A stretch of 52,107 bases of DNA, from assembly GCF_001194135.2 (NCBI RefSeq), contig NC_068982.1, positions 137,486,811 through 137,538,917 on the forward strand, read 5' to 3'. The position numbers and the translations under genes were made by a program. Below, one piece after another: positions 1-11,673 of this stretch. The stretch is from Octopus bimaculoides. Its lineage: Eukaryota. The notes beneath the pieces were generated by a model. That model did no database searches, was not told the origin of the DNA, and saw only the letters and a program-made list of their open reading frames with translations. Position 1 is the stretch's first letter. Each line of letters opens with the position of its first letter.

Positions 1-220
1 TTTTTCTGAAAAAAATTTCCCAAAATTTTTCTACTTGAGGTTTTAGGGTGGTGGTTTTAGGGTTAGTCACGGAAAAAGGTGAAAATGAAGAAATTGGGGC
101 GGGGAAGAGGTAGGAATGGGCAAAAAGTTTCATAAATCCGATTTTTGGCAATTTTCCGGAATCTCCGAATCCGAAAACACGGATTTTTTTGCAAAAATTT
201 TTTTTTTAATTTGCGAGAAA

Positions 221-363
221 ATGGGGTGGGGGGGGGAGGAAATCTTTCCGGATCACAATTTACCTGTTAATTCAAATAGCAATGTAAGAGATCTGTTCGT
301 CGGGCTTTTCGGAGTAACTATCACTACTTCAGAGAAAAAGCAGAGCAAGGAATTAGGGCGAAG
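221..363 (+). CDS. Possible upstream exon of the SprT-like gene
   Basis: Open frame ...NSNVRDLFVGLFG...ELGR ends at a phase-2 donor AG|gtaaac that is compatible with exon 2464. NVRDLFV weakly resembles SPRTN DLQALFV. The 5' part is homopolymer-rich and looks low quality. Confidence 0.25.
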
Positions 364-902
364 GTAAACAATACGCACACCACCCGTTTTCGACTTAAAC
401 TTAACACTAAACGCCGAAAACTGGTGGTGTGCGAATTCTCTACCTTCGCCATTACATATGTATGTATGTGTGAAATGTGATAGAGAATGGATTTCACAAG
501 ACCTTTAGAACTACTGCAATCCTTTCGACCCATCATGCACCGGTACCTTACAGGTTATGTGCTGTACAATCGTCATTCATTATAAATATAGATGTCACCT
601 CGAGTAACTTTCAAAAAGTATGTCCTGCCCACCACCCCTAGAAAGCATGACAATTGTTTGTACTGTATCTCATTTGTAAGGTACCAGTGTACGTTGGGTC
701 GAAGTGATTGTAATGGTTTCAAATAGTTTCGTGAATTCCGTTCTCCAGCTCACATATTTGATAGAAGCTCTTTGGACATAAAGGGATTCCTGAGGTAAAT
801 CCAGTGGCATGTGCCTCCATACTGTGGTCGGGCTTTAAACAGCATACTACAAGGTGTATACCTGAATATAAAATTTTATACAGGTGGGTTTTCTTTCAGT
901 TT

Positions 903-1118
903 CTTATTTCTTTACTGCACAAGGGGATACACACAGAGGGGACAAACGGATTAAGTCGATTATATCGACCCCAGTGCGTAACTGGTACTTATTTAATCGA
1001 CCCCGAAAGGATGAAAGGCAAAGTCGACCTCTGCGGAATTTGAGCTCAAAACATAGACAGACGAAATACCGCTAAGCATTTCGCCCGGCCTAATAACGTT
1101 TCTGCCAGCTCGCCGCCT
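903..1118 (-). mobile_element. tRNA-derived SINE, family B
   Basis: On the - strand: A-box-like GGCGAGCTGGCAGAA, B-box-like GAG(C/T)TCAAATTCC, and central GTCGACTTTGCCTTTCATCCTTTCGGGGTCGAT, shared with many copies in the window. Confidence 0.85.
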
Positions 1119-1119
1119 T

Positions 1120-1235
1120 AAGTTTTCTTTCAGTTTCTATCTACCAAATTCGCTCAATGCTTTCGTCTGCCCAAGGTACCACACTGTGGGACTGAACCGA
1201 GAACCATGTAGTTGGGAAACCTACTTCTTATCACA
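1120..1235 (-). mobile_element. SINE family C, partial head
   Basis: tttctttcagtttctatctaccaaattc...ccaaggtaccacactgtgggactgaacc matches the copies at 33111 and 26220. Confidence 0.65.
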
Positions 1236-1604
1236 CAGCTACTCCTGTAATATCATGCACAGGTCGACTTCAAGCTTGAGTTGGACTCCAACAACTGTTA
1301 TCTCTGACAATGATTTCTGTTGCTGTTTATTTACACATCCAGCCGATTTGAGAAAAGGCTTTCCAATCGTAGCCACCCTGATATTTTTATCTATGACTTC
1401 ATTATCCAATGAGTTCCCTATCCACCTTTTACCCCCAAATTAGTATTTGTGGGTAATGTGACTGTTTTGGGAGACCATATATCGGCCCCTTACTAGTTGC
1501 TGCCTTGATTTATACAACTTTAGTGGCTGGAATAATTGTTTGTGTCGAACGTGTTTGACATTTTTGTCCAGATTCAGACACCTGTATTAGATACTCGAGC
1601 AGAA

Positions 1605-1697
1605 TCGAAATTCTTAGTAACATTTCGTCCGTCTTTACGTTTTGAGTTCAAATTCCACCGTGGTTGACTTTGCCTTTCATCCCTTCCAGGATTGATG
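1605..1697 (+). mobile_element. SINE family B fragment
   Basis: gagttcaaattccaccgtggttgactttgcctttcatccc. Confidence 0.7.
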
Positions 1698-2463
1698 TGA
1701 TTAGTTTCCCCTTCCCCAAACTTATTGACCTTGAAATTTGAAATCTTCAGTTTATCCGTATTTAGACATACCTTCTATATTTTTTGTCCATATTAAAGAA
1801 GCGTATCCGATCCTCCTCTATTTCTGTTCATTTTAACCCCCGTATACAATATGCACCCATGCACCAAATACCTTCATGTACCATTCAGAAGTTTTTGTTC
1901 CAGCATTAAAGGACTTAGTCACTCGGTATCCGATTTACCTACAAGATTGCAAGGCTTAAACCAAGAGCTTCAATCTAGGGAGCTTCCAACCAAGGTGTGT
2001 GTGTATAATATAATTCTAATCGGGGGATACTGGGAGTCACCTCGCGAATGAAATACCATAGGATTTCTCTTCATCTCAACCTGGCGCTGACATCACTTCA
2101 AAACTCGTGTCACCAATTAATTCCGGTTAACAATGATGAAATATATTATTCACATGAAGTTTCGACTTTCAAACTTAAACATTCCATGTTCGAATTGAAC
2201 GGCCATCTTACATTTTGTGTCGGAAAGTAAATATCACATCATTTAGAATCTATTTACTTAGATACTAATGTTAAATATATTTAACGCTCCTAAGCTGCAA
2301 ATTTAGACTTTACATCCCAATACATATATTTGTTGGTTCTAAATACACAATCTATAGACATCAATTCTCATTAACTGAAATGTTTCGTTATTTCATTTTA
2401 AACGCCTAAATATTTACGTTTGAAAAGTTTTCTCGTTTTTTAACCTTTGTGTTTCTTAATAAG

Positions 2464-2572
2464 ATGTGCTGGTTGTACCCAACAACCTTACGCAAACAAG
2501 GTATGCCACATATCTTTGAGTCGACCACTTCTGGAACTTAGACCACTAGAGGATCTGCTGGAGACGTTATTG
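2464..2572 (+). CDS. SPRTN: SprT-domain exon: (x)CAGCTQQPYANKVCHISLSRPLLELRPLEDLLETLL
   Basis: Acceptor taataag|, donor TTG|gtaaat, phase 2 to 0. Aligns by eye with human SPRTN CAGICSYEGKGGMCSIRLSEPLLKLRPRKDLVETLL. Symbol denotes the family; this may be a paralog. Confidence 0.9.
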
Positions 2573-5500
2573 GTAAATATATCCGTGTTTATACTCATTA
2601 CTGCCAATGCTCTATCTCTTTAAAATATCAACGTAGTACTAATTGTAAAGTTAATTTCCAGTTTCATGTATTTGTCTCCTTATTCAGTGTTTCTTAGCCT
2701 TTCACAATGGCGAGAGGTAACCAAATTGGCCACCACGCTTCTTTAAATGTACCACATGTAAAATGGCCGCCCTCTACAGTATACACATTCCACACCACTG
2801 AATTTTCATAATATTCAATATATTTTTGTAATTTTTTTCTGGTTAAAGTTTGTAAAATGTCTCCTAAATTTCAGTTCTCGCTGTAATTGAAATTTTGCCA
2901 AACTCAATTTTAGTTTTAGCATAAACTTCCAAAAAAACGAGTGGGAATTAGACACTGTTAGACTAAAAGAAACTACCAAAATAAAGCTTCCTGTTGTCTC
3001 TCTTGGCCCTATATCGTCTTCTCTCCACTTGTAACTATACTGTGTGTGTGTGTGTGTGTGTGTGGCTTAGCGATTAAGGTATCCCGCTCACTATCGTAAG
3101 GTTACAGGTTGTATCCTTGAGCAAGACTTTCACATTGCTTATGTTCACTCAGCAGGCAAAAATGAGTTGTATCTGAAATTCAAAGGGGCCAGCCTTGTCA
3201 CATTCTGTTTTGCTGAATCTCTCTGAGAACTGTTAAGGGTTCACGTGTCTGTAGAGTGCTTTAGCCAGTTGCACATTAATTTCAGGCGCAGGCTGATCTA
3301 AAAGAACACTCGTTCTCGTAGCCGCCGGAATGCCCAGTCGGAGGCGCCTACACGCACTCCCACTCCTAAAGCCCTATTGCTCGATGTACCTTTCCCCTTG
3401 TACAATAATACATTTAATTTCTTAGAAAATTGTACCACTTTTAATTTGTTAATTTGGGTTTATAAATTAGAATTGAACAAATAATTTTAATGAAATATTT
3501 TAAATTTATTTTTCAGCACGAAATGATCCATGCTTATCTTTGGGTAACTGATAATCATGTAAGTAAAATAGAATATATCTGTTACTCTAGTTTTCTTGCG
3601 TAACGGCAAAGAATCATGTTTGACGTTTTTATTCTGATAAAATAAAACATGATTTTTGTTTCTTTTATATGGAGGACATTATCGATTTGAAAACAAAAAT
3701 GTGAGTTTCAAAACGGAAGCTGAATCTAAGCACTTATCGAAAAGAGCTCCTCTGAATCTTGGGGTCCGTAAGGATATTTAACCACTGTAATATTACGCGG
3801 ATCAACACCCGTAGAATATTGCACTAGCATTTTGCAGTTAAGTAATCCAGACTAGATTTCTGGGGTGCGTTTAATTGGCGGAAACTAGTATCTCACAATT
3901 TGTCCTAAAGTACCTACACTATTTTATATCAATACTACATTGTAACAGTGGGTCACCTTAAATTGTTTCGATAATTGGTCAGATATATCTGAGCTAATAG
4001 TTATTTCTAACCCCTGATAAAGGGCCATGTTATTTTTTGGTAGTAGGGCATGTTTGATAAAATCGACTCCAGTAATTGTCTGGCACTTTAAGCTCAACAA
4101 CATTCAAATTCAAATCGGAGCTGACTTATATTTCAACAATTCTGTAACGGTAAAATATTACCCAATGAAATTCGTTGTGACTGAAAGAAAAATACTATTT
4201 GATTTAAAGCATCTTCTGCATTTTTCTTTCAACTTATCAATTTTTATGGTTAACACCAAATTCCGAAGTTTCGAAATGGCGCAAAATTTCCAATTATCAG
4301 CTGAAAAATATAATTTTCCACGTTTCAATCTTCAAATAGTCGTGGGTTTAACTTTTAATGTATAACTCCTTCCCTCATTGGCACTTTACTTTTGCAATTA
4401 ACTTTCTAGAGATTTTTGTGCACGATGAAACGTTTTCTATAGAATTGAATTTCCAGTTATGATTTCACGGCTCTTCAGATGTCTGGGTCCAAGTGTAGGC
4501 CTGACATCATTGTCTGGACACAGGATTTGGATTAGTGATTTTCTTCTTTCTATCAGATTGTGATTGGATTTTAGATGACTTTGCCCTCAGTTATTGAGGT
4601 ACTTCAGTCACTGCACAACATGGTGATCCAGTGTAGTAACAGGTGGAGTATCATGAATACCCTAATACACTCGATATATCGGGTTCGCCTGGCTTTGCGC
4701 TGCGACCGCCTGGCTTTGCGTTCTGAGCGCAAATTCTGCTGAGGTCGACTTTGCCTTTCATCCTTTCGGGGTCGATAAATTAAGTACCAGTTGCATACTG
4801 GGGTCGATCTAATCGACTGGCTCGCTCCCACCAAATTTCGGGCCTTGTGCCTAGAGTAGAAAAGAATATATCGGGTAACCTCATAAAACCTAGGGCACTG
4901 TGTGTTGCACAGTCCGGCCACTTCGATCCCGAGTAGGAATAGAACCATCTATGAAACTAATCCATACAGCAAATGGATCTCGAAAGAAAATATGGAGGTG
5001 TGACATTATGGTTGTGTGATCGTTTGCTTCGTAAACCCTTGGTTTCGGGTTCAATCTCACTACACAGCACCTCAGGTGTTTTCCACAGCTGTAGGCTGAC
5101 AAATTCCTTCAGTGAATTTGGACGATAGAAATTACGTGTAAGATTGTACCTGCACAATTTCCCCGCTTCTTGGAAACCAGTTTTGGTTAATGTCCCCGTA
5201 ACAGAGGTTCACCAAAAAGAGATCAATGAAATAAGCAATTGAGTGGAGTTGTTAGACTAAACCTTTTAAGGCGGAACTCCAGCATGGCCGCAATCCAATT
5301 ACTGAAACGAGTAAAAGAATAAAATGCAGCTGTATACGGAAGTTAAACCTAAAGTCAGGAATGCGAAGTGTGGATGGATAGTTATTTAAATTTTATTTTA
5401 GACATGATGGTGGGATGGTGAAGTCTGTTGCAATTTATTAGAAACTATTCGCCTGTATTAAAATTAGAAAATAAAAAATTCGTTTTTTTAATTATTTCTT

Positions 5501-8500
5501 TGCAGGAGCAGCTAGAACATGGCCCGAAATTCCACGCGGAAATGAAAAGAATTGAGAAAGAGTCGGGAATGAAACTAGAGGTGATTATAACTAATTTATT
5601 GAATTTATGTAAATTTCTGGCAGTGTTTGTTATTTGGTGTAGAATGTAAGAAACCAGCGCCAAAGAAAATATAATTTAAAATAATCATAAGAAAAAAATT
5701 AACAATTTAGCGCTAGTTTGGAGCATTGCCCAAATATTTAATGTAAGTTATTTTTCAAACGTAGTCTTGTTTATAACAAAAGTGTATTGGTGAGCTTATG
5801 TCTGTCAGCTGCATTTTATAATGTAATACAGCAATCTTTCTTTTGACGCTGTTTATTGAAAATCGGACACGAGTACCTTGCGGCACTTGGGCAATGTGTG
5901 GCTTTTTATGACTTGTATGGAATTCAGTACCACTATGTGGAGGCGCAATGGCCCAGTGGTTAGGGCAGCGGACTCGCAGTCATAGGATCGCGGTTTCGAT
6001 TCCCAGACCGGGCGTTGTGAGTGTTTATTGAGCGAAAACACCTAAAGCTCCACGAGGCTCCGGCAGGGGATGGTGGCGAACCCTGCTGTACTCATTCACC
6101 ACAACTTTCTCTCACACTTACTTCCTGTTTCTGTTGTGCCTGTAATTCAAAGTGTCAGCCTTGTCACACTCTGTGTCACTCTGAATATCCGAGAACTACA
6201 TTAAGGGAACACGTGTCTGTGGAGTGCTCAGCCACTTGCACGTTAATTTCACGAGCAGGCTGTTTCGTTGATCGGATCAACTGGAACCCTCGACGGAGTG
6301 CCAACAACAACAGTATCACTATGTAAACATTACTTTCTAAACTGTAACAGATTATTTGTTTCGTTTTTCTTATCCAATCGTGCTTTCTTCTCAGTTTGAC
6401 GCCGTGCATTTTCTCTCCGAATTCTCAACGGAAACTTACTGTACACAATGTTCTTTAAATAATTTTACTGCTACAACCCGCTTTATGAATAAAATTTCAT
6501 AAAACTTAAAATGGTTGTCTATACTAGTAAATTATACATAGTAAATGATGTACATAGTAAAAATAGCTTTAAACTAACGAAATCGATTACGCGACATCTG
6601 TAATCGCCGAAAGCTTTACTACAAAGTGTAAGTATAAGGTGTTCTGTGTGAAGGTGCGTGGTTTAGTGGTTAGGGTGTTGCACTCACAATTGCTAGATCG
6701 TGAGTTCGATTCCAGGACGAGGGTGGCGCGCTGTGTTCTTGAGCAAAAACACTTCATTTCACGTTGCTTCAGTTCATTTGGTTGTAAATGGGGGATCCCT
6801 GCGATGGAATCTTCTGATGAGTGGAATGTTGGCTCGCTCACCTAACCTGCGAGACGGCATCGTTCGAAGGTTAAAACTATGCAAAGCGCATTGGGACCAA
6901 CAAACGATATCACGGTCAGTACCGTGATATTAAATTCTAACAATTGGCTATTAATGTTACTATATCTAAGAAAAATTCTTAAAAAATAATCTAGTGTCTT
7001 TTATTTCTACAAAATGAATCGAATTGTCTCGTAAATATTACTTAATGAAAGACAGCAAAACAATCCTTAAAATTTCTCTATCGAATTTAGAAACTCGTCC
7101 ATAAGACGTGAGTTGCACGGGAATCCTTCGACTCTTTTCTCTTTAAATGTGTTTTTCTACCCAATATTTACATAATATCCACAGCTTTTTGTACTTAAAA
7201 ATTTGCTTCTCCAGAAACAATTTTACTAGAAAACTACTGAAAAGTCTGCCAATGAATCATTAACCAAAGTCGGTTACATTTTAATCTCTCGCCTAAATAT
7301 CTTTTCTTCTAAAAGGTTTTCCATGAATTCTATTCTGAATATANNNNNNNNNNNNNNNNNNNNNNNNNNNNNNNNNNNNNNNNNNNNNNNNNNNNNNNNN
7401 NNNNNNNNNNNNNNNNNNNNNNNNNNNNNNNNNNNNNNNNNNNNNNNNNNNNNNNNNNNNNNNNNNNNNNNNNNNNNNNNNNNNNNNNNNNNNNNNNNNN
7501 NNNNNNNNNNNNNNNNNNNNNNNNNNNNNNNNNNNNNNNNNNNNNNNNNNNNNNNNNNNNNNNNNNNNNNNNNNNNNNNNNNNNNNNNNNNNNNNNNNNN
7601 NNNNNNNNNNNNNNNNNNNNNNNNNNNNNNNNNNNNNNNNNNNNNNNNNNNNNNNNNNNNNNNNNNNNNNNNNNNNNNNNNNNNNNNNNNNNNNNNNNNN
7701 NNNNNNNNNNNNNNNNNNNNNNNNNNNNNNNNNNNNNNNNNNNNNNNNNNNNNNNNNNNNNNNNNNNNNNNNNNNNNNNNNNNNNNNNNNNNNNNNNNNN
7801 NNNNNNNNNNNNNNNNNNNNNNNNNNNNNNNNNNNNNNNNNNNNNNNNNNNNNNNNNNNNNNNNNNNNNNNNNNNNNNNNNNNNNNNNNNNNNNNNNNNN
7901 NNNNNNNNNNNNNNNNNNNNNNNNNNGACTGCCCCACCCCCTTTAAAATTGCTGGCCTTGTGCCAAAATGTGATCATTACGTTGCGTTGAAATTCCATGT
8001 GAAAGATTTGTTGTAAGGCAAATACTTTTAATCTCATCGGTTTTGTGTTTCACTTAAATCAAAGTGGCTGTGTATTCCTGACACTTGTACTCTTAATAGT
8101 CATCAAGCAGAATCACATGATACAGGGCTCTTAACTGTATATTCTATCGCGTCAGTAAAAGTATTTCGATTTGCACAATATTTTCACAATTACATTATAT
8201 TTGCGCGTTATTAGGGCATCAAAAGAAGTGAGTGGGGGGGGGCACAAGTGGTAAATAGTTTACTGCACAAAAGAAATCACTTTAAACTTGCTAAAATAAC
8301 ATTCCAAGTAGTTTATATGATCGAAAATATAATTTTGTAGTGTTTCTGCTGTTATAATGAGGATTTGATCAGATTTTGCAATTAAAGTAGAAAAATGTGT
8401 AAGTACACAAAAGTAGACATTTTTCATCTTGCTTTGTTCCGTTTTGAAAAATAAGAATTTATTTTATGGTTTGTTTATATTTTGAATTACATGTATAATT

Positions 8501-11500
8501 GGGCACCAAAATCTTAAGAGATAAGGGACTCTGAATCTTAATCTGACCCTGTCTTAGCAATTATATTTTATACAATTGAATAATGACGTCGCAATTATTG
8601 ATTCCAGAGATCCAGTCCCTTGTTCAATGCAGTTTGTGGGGTGACAAGGGAATGACTATAATTCGATGCAAAACAGATCTCGAAGGACTTCATCCGTAAA
8701 ATGCCGTTATTTGGGATCTGTAGCCAGTATTTATCTGCACAAGCGTACATACGCTTACGCCTGTGAAATCTCATTCGGAAAATATTCCTCTAACCAAAGT
8801 AATGCCGCGCCTTTCCCAAGGTGTCGCACGGTGGGGGTCGAACTCGGGACCATGTAGTTGCGGAGCGAACATTAACTACTCAGCCAATTCTTTCTTAGTT
8901 TGGATTTCAGTTATATCTCTTATGCAACACAGACATTAAACAAACTGTCTCAAATTAGTTTCTAACTAAAATTATCTTGAATATTAATTACAAATGAGTA
9001 ATGAATTTGGTGCTGACATTTTGGGCGAGGAGATGTTTTACGGTGTCTAGTTCGGTGCTTTAGTTAAATTCTTTCTGCTTGGCTACCCTTTGTCAGGTCT
9101 ACACCTGAAAATGCTGAAATTAAGCCTAGCAGGTATTCACTCATCGCTTAAAATCTCATTAAAATAATGCAACGCTTGCACAAACTGCAAAAAAATGCAG
9201 ACGGTGTAAGTTACCATTTTCTCCGTATTATTTGGTTTGCAGTCACGATGAAACTGAGGAAAATAATGCAGCTTCATGCTGAGTGGTTGGGTAGAATATT
9301 GTTTTTAGAAATTTGGTTCGTTATATTGTTCTAACAATCATTTCTGCTTGGAAATTCATTTCCACATTTCTGAACGAAACAAGACTTTGCGACAAATCTC
9401 ATTTGATATGTGAATTGTAAGGTTTTTCTTGTTTATAGTCGATTAATTTTTTCTCACCTAAAATATTTTTCATTGCGTAAATCATTTCCTGTGTTTTCGT
9501 TTTTTCAAGAAGATAAGCATGTGATCAAAGCATTGCTTGTGTAGCAGCTTTGATTACAAGGGCAATGGTGGAGCCCTTGTCTGACTCCGTCTCCTCACCC
9601 TTTATACTGGCTTATACAATACTCAAGAGATGCAATCATAAAAGCGACTCCCCGCCCCAGCTACGCTATTAGGTAATGTAGATATTCTTTTCTACTAGGC
9701 ACAAAGCCTAAAATTTGAGGAGGGTGCCAGTCGATTAGATCGACCCCAGTACGCAACTGGTACTTAATTTATCGACCTCGAAAGGATGAAAAGTAAAGTC
9801 GATCTCGGCGGAATTTGAACTCAACGTAAAGACAGACGAAATAGCGCTAACGTGATAACGATTCTCCCAGCTCGCCGCCTTAGGTAATGATGTCTCCAGC
9901 AACAGATACGAGCGAACAAGAGCCACAACGAGGTCATTCGATGGACTAGAAATAGAAACCATATATTCCTCAAATCATTTTACTGTCTTTCATCCCCTTT
10001 TCTGCGCGCCTTTATTAAAGGCAAAAGATTGTTTTGTTTGATCTATTAATTTCAAACTTTAAAAGACAAGTTGAAGAAAAAAAATTGTATTCGAAATTTC
10101 CATTCCACAACATTTCTACTAATTTCGTTGGTTATTTTCCTTCAGCTGCATCGAATCAAGAATCCGTCCAGGCAACTTTTGCTGGGTTCAGTCGGTAACT
10201 GAATCTTAAGTGGTTTGAACAACGTTTCTCGATGTTCACCAACGAAGTAATCCTCTGGATACAGGAGTTGTACCAAAGTGTCAAGTCTGGAAACTTAGCT
10301 GTTAAGTGTACACAGACCAGCATCTGTTCGAACATGGCTAAATCAACGCCTATGATTCCCTTTTGGTTACAGAATATAGAAACTTCTTAAATCTCATTTT
10401 TAGAGAGATCGTTGGCTGGAATGACTCGAGTATTTGTTCCAAATCTTTTCTGAGATCAAATCCTGTAAAGATCAATTTTGCTTGTCATTCTCTCGGAATC
10501 GTTAAAAAAACAGTATCAATCTAAGGTGCTGCATTGGTGGAACTATTTCAGAGGTGGACATGGTGCCTTGTGTCTGTACTTTTACTGACGCGATAGAATA
10601 TATAGTTAAAAAGAGCCCTGTATCACGTGATTCTGCTTGATGACTATTAAGAGAAGAAGCGTCAGGAATACACAGCCCCTTTGATTAAACAAGTGAAACA
10701 TTTACAAAATCGATGAGATTAAAAGTATTTGCTTTATAACAAATTTCACAGGGTATTTCAACGTAACGCAAAGTGTACACAGACCTGCATCTGTTTGAGC
10801 ATGGCTTGATTAATGCCTATGATTCCCTTTTGGTTGCAGAATATAGAAACCTCTTAAATTTCATTTCTAGAGGGATCGTTGGCTAGAATGACTCGAGTGT
10901 TTGTTTCAAATCTTTTCTGAGATCAAATCCTGTAAAGATCAATTTTGCTTGTCATTCTCTAGGGAATCGTTAAAAAAAACGTCAATCTAGGGTGCTGTAT
11001 TGGTGGGGCTGTTTCAGAGGTTGACATGGTGCCTTGTGTGTGTTCTAATCCTCTGCGTTCTGAATGCGACGACGACGACACCAGTTCCAGGATGTATAGA
11101 CCCAAATTAGTGACCATTCTCTTGGATAAACATCAGCGGCGTGGAGAGGCAACTTGGATGCGTGAATCAATGCACAGAAAGAAAATCAAGCGAATTCATG
11201 AACTTCAGCGTGGCGGGCGGCAGGCGTGGGGTGGGCATACATACGAACTGGTTTTTAACGGTAGAACTCTAAGTAGATAACACTATAACAGCGCGTAAGT
11301 ATTGGTTTTAAAAAAACCTATATTGATGCGCTGTTTATAGTTAGATCTACTTCGTGTTCCACCGTTAAAAACCATTTCATGTATGGAAGTTTGTAAGTTC
11401 TAATGATGTAAACAATGTCTATTTCTCTCTCACTCTCTTATACATACTACTGACCACTACATTTATATATTTTTTCGCTCCTTGTTTCTCTCCTTGTTTC

Positions 11501-11639
11501 TTTTTGTGTTCCTTTCAGTTGAAGAGCGTAGGCTCAAAACGTCAGACTTTCTCTATTTCTGATTGTTATACTAATACATCCATTTGTTATTTACACCACC
11601 TGTCTTCGTCTGTTTTTTCGTAAATTCTCCACCCCCCCC

Positions 11640-11673
<34 letters not shown>

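Noticed and set aside
1-240. TTAGGG hexamers and an 83-aa ORF at the window start
   Set aside because: Only two hexamers in homopolymer-rich sequence that looks like a low-quality contig end; not a telomere array.
7293-8037. ORFs of 200+ aa across N runs (also 35481-36078, 42724-43432, 44154-44377)
   Set aside because: Open only because N codons contain no stops.
10146-10194. Tudor/PWWP-like IRPGNFCWVQS reading, and LNPGDIVYIQV read-through at 18955-18990
   Set aside because: Too short; no continuing exon completes a domain; the second lies past a strong donor and ends in a stop.
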